A stretch of 64,000 bases of DNA from the NCBI GenBank assembly GCA_973895155.1, contig OZ316894.1, positions 4,426,944-4,490,943 on the forward strand, in the 5' to 3' direction. Of this stretch, positions 25,148 to 37,765 are shown piece by piece. Each line of letters opens with the position of its first letter. The stretch's first letter is position 1. The translations under genes and the position numbers were made by a program. Origin of the DNA: Marsupella aquatica. Its lineage: Eukaryota > Plantae > Marchantiophyta. The notes beneath the pieces were generated by a model that was given only the letters and a program-made list of their open reading frames with translations, had not been told where the DNA came from and searched no databases.

Positions 25148-28100
25148 TCAAGTTGATATGCCAAAAGCTCTTTTCAGGAGCTCCCCTCTTTCCTTATTCA
25201 CACCAATAGACAAAAATGCTTTCTTGTAATCTGCCGCTGTGAATGGCTTGTATCGAATAGGGTGCTCAGCATCCACACACTCTGCTCTTGGACGGACAAC
25301 ATAGTTCAACTCGCCTGGAACAAAGGCTGCAATTGACATGCGCTTCTTGTTTTCATTGGGCACCACTCGATGCTCTGCGCTTAGAAATCTCCCATTTGTC
25401 CAGGCCTGCACAAGCAAAGGACAGACACGTTGTCAAGCTCCTGTTTCAAATTGAAGGACAAGACATTGCCTTCCCTCTACTCATAACTAAAGGACATGCC
25501 TGAATCCAAAGCTTGTCCACTGACACTGTCACTAGGAATTTGAGTGCATATCTACCTGGGCTCCCATCAGATGCCAGCGAGGACCAACTAGGTGACAAGT
25601 ATTTTAGGGCCCCTGGCCTTTTATGGACCCGTTTATGGAACACAGGAAATGTTTTTGACAATGCTATATATGGCCAATGTACCTTTAGGTGTTTTGTCTT
25701 ACTACGAATATTTGTCATAAATGTGGCATAATTAACAAAGTGCATAACTTGTATAATTTAGATTTAGATTAATTTGGCAACCCTCTAAGTTTACCTCCTT
25801 TAGAAGATTTTATGGAATTTCTGTCGATTCTAGTGAATGAGAGAGAATTAATATCTTTCTTCAGATGTGGACTCCTCCTGCTTTGAAGTAGACCTCCCTC
25901 AACTTTTCTTTGTTAAGCTTATGGTTTGTATTGTCATTACCTAAGACAAAGGAGAATTTTCTGTACCTAGTAGCGTATGTGCACAATTTTTGAATAATTT
26001 GAGTGTCATGAAAGCAAGCGAGAACTTGTACCTTATGTGCACTTATACTTAGTTTTCCTAGTCATTATGTAACATGTTCTTTTATTTGGCACGTGTTTTT
26101 TTGTTAGCGTTCAATCTTATCAAATGCTGTGCGATGTTATTTACACATCACTCCAAGACATAAAATATAATTTACACTCCACGTAAAATGAAGCATGTTC
26201 CATTCCAGGATGACCATGCTTGGTTTATATGGACCATAAGGAAATCAATCAGGCAACGTTGCTTTCTTGCTAGAATAGATTTACTCAACATGTCCAACAA
26301 CTGTACAGGTTTCGTTCAAAAGTGCCACAGGAGTAACATGAATTTAAATTTTCAATTGAAGGATTTAGAATGCATGAAGCACCTGCAGAAAATCGCCACA
26401 GTTGACATTGAAAGCACCCGCCTTAGGGCGCACTCCATGCCAGGTCCCATCTCTGAAACGAATCTGCAGGCCCCCTACTGCATCCTGGTACACAATGGTG
26501 AAAACACTGGGGTCCGTGTGGCATGGAAGTCCCCAAGTCATATCGGGAATGTCGCAGATGGGGTAGTTGTTCACTCGAAACTTGCCAGTGACCTGCCGTT
26601 TATTCCGATCACCCAGCCACTCATTCACAACTTCCTCAGGATTCGGAATTCCAAGACTAGCGACTATCAAGTCCATCAGTAGAAACACCACCCTGCTCGA
26701 TTCCTTTCCGTATTCCTCGGCGCTAGATCTGATCCAAGCAGACAATGTGAACGATAGCTGCTAGTTAGACGAGCATGTTAATTTAATGAATTTCTCAGTT
26801 TTGTATGATCAGTCTGTCCGTAGGACTAAAGCGCTAACGCTAGAACATGCGACGTTGAGCAGACTTTGGATCGGCAAATCCTATGGTTGATCGACACTTT
26901 CGCAAAGTCCTCGAAGGACGGCATTTTGGCAACCTGAAGTACCTCCTAGGAGAAACAAGCTCACCTTAATGCATGACCCTTCAAGTTAGATTCAGGGCCA
27001 CCCGGCCAGAGAATGTTTGCAATCTCGTCCAGTCTGCCAGGAAAATTCGTCTCCGGTGACTCAAAGTCAAATCCTTCGCTCCATAAGTAAGAAAAGACCT
27101 TCCGGCTGAAGGGGGGGTCACGCTTCATGGGCAGGTAACCAGGGAATGTGGGCTCCTCAGCGGATATCGCGTTTGGCACCTTCATCTTCTCCTGCAATTC
27201 AATAAAAACGGATCAGAATTCTATGATCTTGTCCATACTGTTTTATTGTCATCACGAGATCTAGATACTTGCAGTTCTGGGTTTGTCACGTTGTCGGAGC
27301 ACAATGATACGAGGTTGTAAGCTGTAACCGCGTGACTGTGTACGATGGGAGAGAGTTGCCTCCTAGATGTGCACAGCCATCTTATGTTCAGCTGGAAAGC
27401 ATAGAGTCAATTTAAACTTCGCAGATATTGCTTGGTATTCAGTGCACGAGCTAGCTGTGATCGAAATAAGGAGGTGTCAGAATATCAAAGCTGTTGAGCT
27501 CTTCTCATCACAAGGAGAGTAAGAGCTATCCGATCCTCTTGCTATCGTGTTAACCGTCTAATTGGTTTGAGACACAAACAGCTACAACAACGTTACGGCA
27601 TGTGCATCTGCAGCTGCATTATCATTAGAAAAATCTACTACAAAACCAGACGTCCCCTGACGTCCCCTGAAGGAGTACGTAGTTACAATTGGACTGTCAG
27701 TGAGAGTATTAACATCATTACTTTCATGCCTAACTTCAATAACATATCAGCGTCGAGTGACAGGAGAATTCTTAGTCGAAATTCTGGCTCCGATAAGATT
27801 ACAGCTCACAAGTAGAGTGTGCTCACAAGTAGAGTGTGCTCACAAGTAGAGTGTGCTTCTTACCTCAAGTGGAAGGTCGAATAGTTCTCCAATAGATTCC
27901 TTGAAATGTCCAACAGCGTCCGTGGAAAAGCCGGAATTAGTTATCTGCAAGAATCCATGCTCCTCGAAAGCTTCTCGAATCCCCTTCAAAACATCAGATT
28001 TCGCTGCCTCGCAGGCCTTGATTTCTGCCTCCAAACCGCTCCGAGCGCTCGCGTCTCCGCCCAATTGCTCGATCTCTCTCTGCAAGCTCTGCAACTTGAG

Positions 28101-28274
28101 CACTGGGGACAAATCGATAACGGGAAGCTCAAAATCATAGTGGTCATGCGCGATGTTCGGTCTGTTTTCTTCAGGCCAGATGAACGATGTCTTGCCCGGG
28201 GTTTTGTGAGCTTCCGCATGAGGTCTCGCACTGTCGGGCATCGTGAGCTGATACGGTTTCATCACATCCGCCAT
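25148..28274 (-). CDS. 2-oxoglutarate/Fe(II)-dependent dioxygenase (DOXC class, gibberellin-oxidase-like), 413 aa; exons 28274-27864, 27191-26965, 26728-26383, 25405-25148
   Basis: All introns are GT-AG and the spliced frame is open (1242 nt). DIOX_N motifs LPVIDL and EEHGFLQITN; NNYPIC; HTD...H iron ligands; GGLQ; VNCGDFLQAWTNG; RxS (RMS). Confidence 0.93.
27803..27856. repeat. 17-bp unit x3 (gctcacaagtagagtgt) next to the intron 1 donor
   Basis: Three direct copies are visible. Confidence 0.9.
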
Positions 28275-28456
28275 AGTGACTTCTCTGGAAATTTTCTCTG
28301 CCGGCTCAGGATACTACGCGATTGTGCAATGGAGAAACCAGCAAGCTTCGGCTCAGGATAGCTAGGACGCGATTGTGCGAATGGAGACACCAAAGTTTGA
28401 GAGATTCAAGAGTGGTGAAGTACATTCAGAGTGTGTTGTGGCTCTGAGCTCTCTTC

Positions 28457-28468
28457 ATTATATAGGTG
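28457..28468 (-). promoter_or_regulatory. Putative TATA box of the dioxygenase gene
   Basis: cctatataat on the minus strand, about 190 bp upstream of the ATG. Confidence 0.55.
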
Positions 28469-28485
28469 ATTGAAATGAGTCCAGT

Positions 28486-28662
28486 CCAGCTGGAAATCTA
28501 AACCCGATTGAAAAATTTGGGTCTGAGCTTTACTGTAGTAGACTTTGGTTCCAGTTAGCTATCCACTGTATTTCCAGCTGAAAATCTAAACCCAATTCAG
28601 TAATTTGAGTCTGAGCTTTACTGTAGTGGACTTTGGTTTCGGTGTAGCTATCCACTCTATTT
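28486..28662. repeat. About 88-bp tandem duplication in the dioxygenase promoter
   Basis: ccagctg.aaatctaaaccc...gtctgagctttactgtagt.gactttggtt...tagctatccact x2. Confidence 0.85.
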
Positions 28663-28680
28663 AGACAATTGCACTCTCGG

Positions 28681-29049
28681 CCCGGTTTGGCCTTGACGGG
28701 CAAATGAGGGGTCTGGACCCCGTCATCTGTCACACCCGGTTGTCCCGACTGCCCGATCCCAACCCAACCCCAATCCTGTCTTGGCCCGGCCCGGCCCTGT
28801 CCCAACCCCGCCCTAACCTGATCCAATCCTGACCCGGCCCCAAACCCGAACCCTAATCCCTGGCCCCGGCCCCGCCCCAGAACTGGGGGACCGGCTCGCT
28901 AAACCAGGGGACTCCGGGGGAGCCCAGGACCGGGCCAGGAAAGGGTTTGGGAGAATTGGGGGACTGATGGGGGAATAAAGAGGAATATACGTCATTTGGT
29001 CCCTTTGGAGCCATAATGTGACGAGTTTACATGTCGGGCTCAAACCGGG
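28681..29049. mobile_element. MITE with CCCGGTTTG TIRs and 8-bp TSD (hAT-like)
   Basis: Ends cccggtttg...caaaccggg. TSD ACTCTCGG (28673-28680) / ACTCTTGG (29050-29057). Interior is rich in ccgg. Confidence 0.85.
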
Positions 29050-30282
29050 ACTCTTGGAGAACCTAAACTCGATTGAGTGAAAACCATCCTAATGTACTCT
29101 AATCATGTAGGTTAGAATGGATTCGTTAGAGAGTATATAATGATCATGATCCTTACAACTATGATTGCACTACCATGTGAATGACCAAAAGATCTTCCTA
29201 TGGAAGTGACTCATGTAAAATTGTGAGACTTGCACTCATGCTTGGACTCTAGACCTTCTCTCACAATTTTACAGGAGTCACTTTCTCATTGCAAGTCTCA
29301 CAATTCACTCATGCTTGCACTCTAGATATATATTGTCTAGTGCTTGCACTCTAGATATATATTGTCTAGGGTGAGACGAAGCGAGAAAATCAGATGAAGG
29401 GATATAGGAAAATTGTAAAATGTTCTATTAATGGTGAAAAAGAAACCAAATTGCCCGTGTGCCTGAGTGTTTGACAAAATGCCCAGATAACCCAGTGCAA
29501 CCTAGACTGATAGACGGCAAAAAATCCCTTATTGTACTGAACATTTTCTTTGAAGCAAAATTTGATATTTTGGCAGCCCCAACACAAACCTGGTCCATCC
29601 TAGCCTTAGTTTGAACATGGTTCAAGATTACCTTTTGAATAAAATTTCTAATATATGTAGTTCACCGAGTGTCCTACTGAAGAGTTTTGTTGGATTTAAA
29701 TCAAGGCAAACTTCATACAGGATTTTTTTTCGTTCAGTCCCCAGAAAGCGTCCAGGATGCTGTCACTCGGTGGGAAAGTATTAATAGTAGTTCTAACGGT
29801 GATCAAGGAAAATTAAATTTCAAAAAGCCACCAAAAAAAGCCAATCATCAAGGAAAGCCACAAAAAAAAGGCTAACTATTATTGCTGGTCCTCCTGATTG
29901 CTGGTACTGGAGTACTCCCGCTCCACTGGGTTGTCCTTTCTGGATTTGTGAGTTTCACATTCTTTATGATTGTGGGTTTGTGCGTTTCACGTTCCCTATG
30001 ATTGTATGCACTGTCATACTTGTGTTGGATTTTAAGCCAACGCAAAGTTCCTACATACTTTTTTCATTCAGCTTCCAGGCTGCTGTCACTCCGTGGGAAA
30101 GCATATTACTTCTAACGGTGATCATGATCAAGGAAATAAACTACAGGAAGTTCGAGGGCAGTGGTCACTTGCATGGACCGAAAGGGAGAGAGAAAACTAC
30201 TACAAAAAAACCAATCGAACATTAATGTGAATGCTTTCACTTTCTAGGGGTGCTGATCAAGGTACTGACGTCATTCACATAA

Positions 30283-33037
30283 TCTACAACTATAATATCT
30301 AATGCCCCCCTTGATGGTCCTTCATCTCTTTACAAAAACAGCTTTGGGCGGGAGTGATACAGAGCCATTAGATTGTTTAATACTTTTTGGGAACCATTGG
30401 ATCACAAAATCATGCCCCTAATGCTCCTCTTTGATTGCTCACCTACTTTGCCCAGGAGCCTATATCTTGGCATCCATGGCAGGAAGACAGATCCTGGCCT
30501 TGGAATATGCCTTGCTTTCCGTGGGCATCCATGGTAGGAAGATAGATCTTGGCCTTGAAATATGTCTTGCTTTCCGTGACAAGGACAGGTGAAAGTACAC
30601 CTTGCTTTCTGTCCTGTCTTGATTCCTGTGCATGTACTATCCTTGCCAGTGTTGCCCTTATTCTTTGCTTACTTTGCCCAGCTCCAAGTAATTAAGTGGT
30701 CTTTTTTTACATTTTTTTAATTAAAAAAATACACTTAGTGAAACTCCCAACCCCGGTTTGGACTTGCCCGGCAAATAGACCCTTCCGAGGCCGTCAACCG
30801 GCAAGTCGACACCCGGCCTCTCCCGGTCTCGCTCCCCCGGTCCCGGCCCGGCCCGGCCATGACCTCCCGGCCCCATCACCCGGTCTCGTTTCCCTTTTGT
30901 TTCCTCCGTCCCGGCCCCGGTCCCCGGTCCTGGCCCGAGCACATCCCCCGGCCCGGTCCCTGCTCCCACATCTCCCGGCCTGCGGTCCCGGCTCGGACAT
31001 CCCCCGGCTCCCGGTCCCGGCCTCCCCTCCTCACCCTCCCCTCACCCGGACCCGGCCCGGCCCTCCCCGGACCCGGGCCTCCTCACCCTCCCCTCCTCCC
31101 CTCCCCTCCCCCCACCCGGACCCGGCTCTCCCCTCCCCTCCTCCCACCCGGACCCGGCCCGGCCCGGCCCCGGACCCGGCCTGCCCCTTCCCGCCCCCGG
31201 CTGCTGTTTGGACGCTACCACCCGGGCCGGGCCGGGCTGGTTGCCGGGAAGGGTGGTAGCGTCCGGGAGTTTGGGCCGGGCCGGGAAAAGTTCGGGCCGG
31301 GCCGGGGAATAAGATGGAATATGCGTCAAATAGAGGCATTTTGGTCCGGCAAATGCCGAGTTTACGTGCCGGGCAACTCGGCAAGTTGCCCGTCACTTCA
31401 AACCGGGCTCCCAACAAGATAATGTAACCAATATATGTTCTTTTCTTGGGTGGTTTCTTATTTCTAACATTCCTAACACCTTTTCTAAAGTAACTTTTTC
31501 TATGGTTAGGATTGTTTTCTAAAGTAACTTTTTGTGTTTTTGAGGGGTGAGGGGTTTTTGTTATCTTGAGGAGGTAAGCTTTTTCTAATGACCTAGAATT
31601 CTGTTCATCGTGGCTAGCAGATAGGATAGTTAGGGTTGCTTATTTGTTTGTTGACTCTGGCCATCCCATGTTGCATTTATTTGGGAGAGATGGAATATTT
31701 TATCTGGTTGGGGCTAATCATCCATCCTCCTCTCACTTTGCATTGGGTTGGTCCAGTGTCCAGTTGGGTTCTCCCATTTCTTGGGCATTTTTATGGGACG
31801 TTCATTTTATGTTTCCCTCCCCTGCCCCATTGTGTTATTTCACTTCCATGTTCATAGAAGCTGTGCCTTTGCCACCACAATTTTTTTACCTTTTGTTTTG
31901 ACCATTTCATCCACAACATGGATCCAAATGGCAATACTTGAATCACACAGGGAATCACAACGACCACATTTTCAAAATGACAACACTATTGTCCAACACA
32001 GTTTTCACTTGACAAATATTTCCACTCAACTCCGTTTCCTTTGCAAGTGATTTGTTGGACTATATTTTATAATCTACCATTTAGCTACAATCTTCCAGCA
32101 ACCACAGTATTGACTCTTGAAAACACTTTCTCTTTGATAACATTTTAACTTTGTCAACAACACTTCTTAACATCATGAACAAATTGACCCAAAGGCAACA
32201 TTGAACCACGACAACAATATTATCAAAAACAACAACTCTTGCAACATCACTTTTACTTGACAAAGATTTCACTTAACAAATCTTTTGCTTAGTAAGGTCT
32301 TTATTTGATAATACTGTTTACTTACCATTCAATTGAACCCCAATTAATCTTCTCACAAGTGACTACAACAACACTTTCTTCTTGAAAACACATTTGCTTT
32401 TAATTAAACTCTCTCTTCAACTTATGATCATATTTTCTTTCCATAACCTGACATATCATTTTTTGCATAGAGTTTTTTCCATTCTCGATCGTTTGGGCTA
32501 AACAATCTTTTTGAAATGGTACCTTGTACACAATTTATCACAATTACTTCTTTTTTGCAACAACATCTTCTTTGCAATGCAAAGGTATTGAGCACAACCA
32601 CCTGAGAATATGGCCAGGATGATACATAATGTGCCTCAACAACTACCCTGCAATGCCTATATTTTCTTGCCTTGCCTTGATATCTTTTTGTGCCTTGACA
32701 ACTATTTTATCTTGACATATTCTGTCTTCAACATTGTTTCTCTTCTTTGTATATTTTTCTTGCCTCGACTTCTTTTTGTCACCTCAACATAGTTTTCTCA
32801 TCTTGACATTGTTTCTCACTTTCATATCTTTTTCTCACCACGACATCTTTATTTCACCTCAACATCTTTACCTCAGCTTGGCATCATTTTCTCTCCTTAA
32901 GATCTTTTTCTCAACTCAACATCTTTTCTCTCCTTGAAATCTTTTATCACCTTGCATCTTTTGCTCATCTCAACATCTTTTTTCTCCTCAATATCTTTTA
33001 TCATCTCAACATCTTTCGTGCACGGGCATAGGGCTAG
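30283..33037 (+). mobile_element. Non-autonomous Helitron (about 2.75 kb) with a nested MITE
   Basis: 5' A|TCTACAACTATAAT and 3' gtgcacgggcatagggCTAG|T. Subterminal ~19-bp tctcacctcaacatctttt minisatellite. The host repeat (30060-30225 plus 33038-33210) resembles the uninterrupted unit at 33250-33600. Confidence 0.7.
30752..31407. mobile_element. MITE with CCCGGTTTG TIRs and 8-bp TSD (same family as 28681-29049)
   Basis: Perfect TSD CTCCCAAC (30744-30751, 31408-31415). The empty site is visible in the homologous copy at ~17870-17890. Confidence 0.9.
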
Positions 33038-34638
33038 TAATTAATAAATATGGAAAGGAACTGTACGTGTTCAGAGTTCAGAGACCACTTCCTGTGTTAG
33101 GGTAACTCTTATGTAGTATCTCACTTGTTGCACATAACAAAAGTTATTGCTCTTCATGATATTCAGACTGCCCCCAATCACGGGGTCCACAAAACTTACT
33201 ATGATTTTTCAGTGAGGTACGTATGCAAACTTCCTGCATGACTTTTTTCATTCAGCTTTCAGAAAGCTTCCAAGCTGCTGTTGATCACTAGGTGGGCAAG
33301 TGGAGTAGTTCTAACGGTGAATGACCATGATCAAGGAAAAGTAAACTTCAAAAAGGTCGAGGGCAGTGGTCACTTGCATGGAACAAAAGGGAGAGAAAAA
33401 ACTACTATCAGAAAACCAATCCGACATTAATCCGGGCAGAATAATTAATATGGAAAGGAGCTGCTGTGTGCAGAGAGACCACTTCTTGTGTTAGGGTGAC
33501 TCATATATAGTATCTCACTTGTTGCACAGAACAAAAGTTATTGCTCTTCATGATATTCAGACTGCCCCATGGGGGTCCATAAAAATTACTATGACTTCTC
33601 TATCAATGAGGTCAAGTCTTGCAAAGTCTGGCCACTAGAAAACGGCTATTGCTGGTTTGACTAAGTTTGACTTGATTTAAATCCAACAACAGTCTTCAGT
33701 GAAGAACCACATCAAAAACTATAAATAACATGTTGCTCCTTTTTATGCAGTGGTCGTTATTCAAATTTGGAGTGACTTTTTGGGTGAAAAAACAAAAACT
33801 GCAAAGAAATGGAAGGATTAAAGAAAAAGTGATTAATATTTGGTGTGTATGAATGTGAATGAAAATGTAGATGCACGCTTTTCCAAGCTACAGTAGAAGA
33901 AAACAGATTTCCCTCTACCATCCATGTTATATCCTGCATGCTACACCATGAAAACCTAAATTTCCTTCTACCGTCCATGCAATACCATGCTCCTCTCTCT
34001 ACCATCCATACTATAGCATTCATGGATACAGGTGCTATATAATATAGGAGTTTAGTTGCAAATATTCGATAGTCAATAAATTAGTGCACAATCTAATAAA
34101 TGAGAGAAAGTGAAGATTAAAATGAACGTTAAAAAAGGAAACTAGAAGGGGGGGGGGAGTTTAGGGTTTAGGGTATACAGAAGAAGGGGGAGGATTTAGG
34201 CTTTGAAAGGAAAGAAAATAAGGGAAAAAGGAAAAAAAATATTAAAAAACAATTAAAATCATTCTCACTTTGTTATACTTCGGTGGTCGATGTCACTCTT
34301 TTGAGTCATGCATGATTATTTTACTTGACGATATTTTGTATGGAATGAGATTTTTCTTGCATCTGACTCAGGTGTGCAAGTTTGGGTCATTAATAATCTT
34401 CTATTTTATTTTACAAAAGTACAGTCAGAACTGGTCTGATTTTTTGAAGTTAGAGACAGCCGGGATGGACCTGGAGATTGTCCATGAAGCGCTGATAGAT
34501 AAACCGAACCTTCATGGACTAGATTATAACATAAAGCTGATCGATAAATCAAACCTTCATGGACTAGATTAACACATCCAGATATGTTATTGTTTACATT
34601 TCCATCTATAAAGTACATTGTCATCAATTATGTCCAAA

Positions 34639-35520
34639 CTAGCCCGATGCCCATGCATTGCACATAAGATGTTGAGGTGAAACAATGACATTGAGGTGAG
34701 GAAAAGATATTTAGGAGATAACAAGATGTTGAGGTGAGAAAATGACATCGAGGTGAGAAAAAAGTTAATTATGAGAGAAAAAGATGTTGACGTGAGAAAA
34801 ACTTTAATTATGAGAGAAAAATGTAAAGGTGAGAAAATGATATTAAGGTGAGGAAATATGTCAATGAGAGGAACAATGTGAAAAAGTGAATATGATGTTG
34901 AGGTGAGTAAAAGATACCAAAGAGAAAATATGTCAAGACGAGAAAATATATATCAAGGTGAGAAAATGATGTTGAGGTGATCAAAGATGTTGAGGGAGAA
35001 AAGGTGTAAAGGAGAGGAAAGGTGTCGAGGTGAGAAAAAGATGTCAATGTGAGAAAAAAACATCGAGGTGAGGAAAAGATGTCAAACTGATAAAAAGGCA
35101 TTGAGGAGATTAAAGATGTCAAGGCGAGAAAAATTGTCAAGTCGAGGCAAAGATATTGAGGCAAAGCATGTCCCAAGGTGCTATTGTGAAAGCAATGTTG
35201 CGGGGGAGGGTGAGAGCATGGGAGGGAACACAAGACGGGGGCGGTGGCTGGCTGGGTGTTACGGGGTCGCCCTCTGCTATATGGAGGGAGATAAACTCAC
35301 TTTTTTTTCCTTTTTTCTTCAATCTCCTCTTCTGTGCCCTCCCTTTCTCTCCTTCCAGTCTCCCATCCTGGCTCTTTGGCACCCTCCCTCCCCCTTCCAA
35401 CATGGTTAGAAAAGAGAAGAAGAAATAACATGGAGCAAAAGATAAATGATCTCTCAGAAAAATGAAAGTTCCTCTTCTCCTTAGCAAAAAAACAAAAACA
35501 ACTCTGATACCAATGTAATG
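34639..35520 (-). mobile_element. Helitron 3' portion with ~19-bp minisatellite
   Basis: The minus strand ends tgtgcaatgcatgggcatcgggCTAG|T. A gatgttgaggtgagaaaa array spans ~34665-35160. 5' end not located. Confidence 0.7.
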
Positions 35521-36859
35521 CACATGTCAGTCTTGAAAGTAGTTAGCCAACACATGTATTTTGTAAATACCTGCTTTAGAAACAAAATATCCATGGTATT
35601 CACTTCCATAGAAGATCCGTTCCACTCAATCCAAGGGTATCAAAATCATTGAAAAATATCTGATGGTATTGGTTTGTTCCTTCCTTTTCCACTTTAATTT
35701 GTAGATTGCACTAAATCTTTGAGATAGGATAGTTGTCTATAATGTGATTTGAAATATGACATATATACAAACCCATTGCCCTAACTTGCACTGTACATTT
35801 GTCATTTCAACCATTTCAATGTTATAATCATTTATCACTCTGGCCATTTTGTTGTTGGGGCCATTTTATTCTTGAGGCCATTGTGTCTTTGGTCAATAAG
35901 GTTATTGCAATAAAGAACTTAGGATTGAGTGTTAATGTGAATTGGAAAAAATACTTCATAGAGACTAGGATAAAACAAAGTTTTTGATCTACTCCCGATA
36001 GACTTAATTTTTTTGACTTTCCTATAAATCATCCCTTTTGAACTCTAAACTTAATTTGTATTGTACTTTGTCTATGCTTTTTACTTACGTGAATGGGGCA
36101 ATCATGTGGGGTCTACTTAGATGTTCTTGTCAGACCCATCTACCCATGATAGCCACATGTAAACTCACACTCAATTCACAATGACCTTTTTCTAGATGTT
36201 TGTCGATGAGTCTGACTAGGTGTGGGTGGAAGCGTGCCTCAGGGTGCTTTACAAGAACCTGGGACATCAATTTCTTTTTTTCTAAGTGAGAGATGTAATC
36301 CTAGCCATTCATATATGGGAACTGGCCACACTTCACTTTACATGAACTTGGGGGCACAATCAAGCAAATTAAAGTATTACCTAACCTAGTCATATGTCAG
36401 TGGGACCCCTGTGGAACCCTTTTTTCTGATGTGTGTGCAAGCTTTTTTGTCAAAAACTTCAACCTCCTCTTGAGGTGGTCTAAAAACCTGGAGCAAATGA
36501 CTCTTATTTTCAGGGAATTGTATCAATTATTTCCAAACCGGACACAGGCATTTTATCTTTTGTGTAAGAAAATGGCCATCTTTGCTTTGGATGGAGAAAC
36601 ACTGAAGGGCCCCCACCCTCTTGTAAAGCCCCCCTCAGGCTAGGACAAACTCTTTATTCTTCCTTACACAGATATGAAAGGCAGGAAAATCTAAGCTTTA
36701 AATACAATGCTCATAATAAGTTCCCTCCAAAAGTGTATTTTGTAAGCAACGCTGAGCACAAAAAGGCCTAACTATATATTATAGTGAGTAGAATATATTC
36801 CCGGTCACTATTCTGTCATGCACCACTTCTATTCTAACGATACTTTGTGAGTGGCCAGC

Positions 36860-37160
36860 GAACTAATGCTTGAGTCGTGGCTCATTCTCCAAATATACTA
36901 TTTCCTCTCCACAAAGTAACCATTTTTTAGAGTTTAATAACAAAATCAAATGGCTAGGGCACTAATGATGGGGCTTGAGTTCGTTTCATTCTCCCAAGAT
37001 ACTATTTCCTCAGTCTCCACATAGTAACTTTTTTAGAGTTTAATAAAGAAATCAAATGGCTAGGGCACTAATGATGGGGGTTCGTTTCATTCTCCCAAGA
37101 TACTACTTCCTCTCCACATAGTAACCATTTTTTAGATCGAGTTTTTTAACAAAATCAAAT
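36860..37160. repeat. About 95-bp tandem repeat x~3
   Basis: cattctcc.aa.atacta.ttcct.tccaca.agtaac...ttttaga...aaatcaaatggctagggcactaatgatgggg units. Confidence 0.85.
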
Positions 37161-37613
37161 GTAAGGTACATTTAGGTCCTTGGATACTATATCTGGCCTT
37201 TACGGTGGATGAAACTTTGAGAAGATTGAGTGTTTCACATTTTACCCATAGCGCCTTAAGTACTTGCTCAATGATAAAAAAACAAAATGAACTGAATTTC
37301 TCAAAACTATTCTTATGTTTGGAAGCCCAACAAAAGGGGGGGGGGGGGGAGGAAGAAGTAGAATGCGTCATGAACCAAGGAAACAATTCCCATCAGGGAG
37401 ATTGGGGGTAAATCTAAAGCCTAAATAAGCTCAATTGTTACCAATGGATTACAATTTCTCTACATACTTTCTTGAGATTCTAGGTCTATACTTTGCAAAT
37501 ACAACTTCCGAAAATGGTGTTGCCGGATCTTATTTTTCATAGAGCATTGCTCTTGCAGTACTGGGATTGTAGTTATTTCTTATTTTGTAGCTAATTAGTT
37601 CATGGACCCCCTA

Positions 37614-37765
37614 TTAACGGAAAGCTTCAGACGACATCAACTCCTTGAACTCCTGAAAGTCCACCTTCCCATTAACGTCCGCATTGACTCCCTTGATCAT
37701 CGGCTGACACTTCTTATAACTATGTCCTTCTTTCATGCCTAGGCTCTTCAACACCATTTGCACGT
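37614..37765 (-). pseudogene. Calmodulin-like (CML) C-terminal EF-hand gene fragment
   Basis: VLKSLGMKEG...C..MIKGVNADVNGKVDFQEFKELM resembles the last EF-hand of plant CMLs. N-terminal EF-hands are absent and the loop is degenerate. Confidence 0.65.

Noticed and set aside
30696-31422. Several long Pro/Gly/Arg-rich ORFs on both strands
   Set aside because: Artefacts of the stop-poor, CCGG-rich MITE interior.
34159-34174. TTTAGGG telomere-type repeats here and at ~22244, ~48811 and ~56179
   Set aside because: Only about two units each; these are common telo-box-like motifs, not an interstitial telomere.
34808-35233. Phe/Leu/Ser-rich ORFs (also at 32610-32937 and 42098-42352)
   Set aside because: Translations of the Helitron-associated minisatellite.
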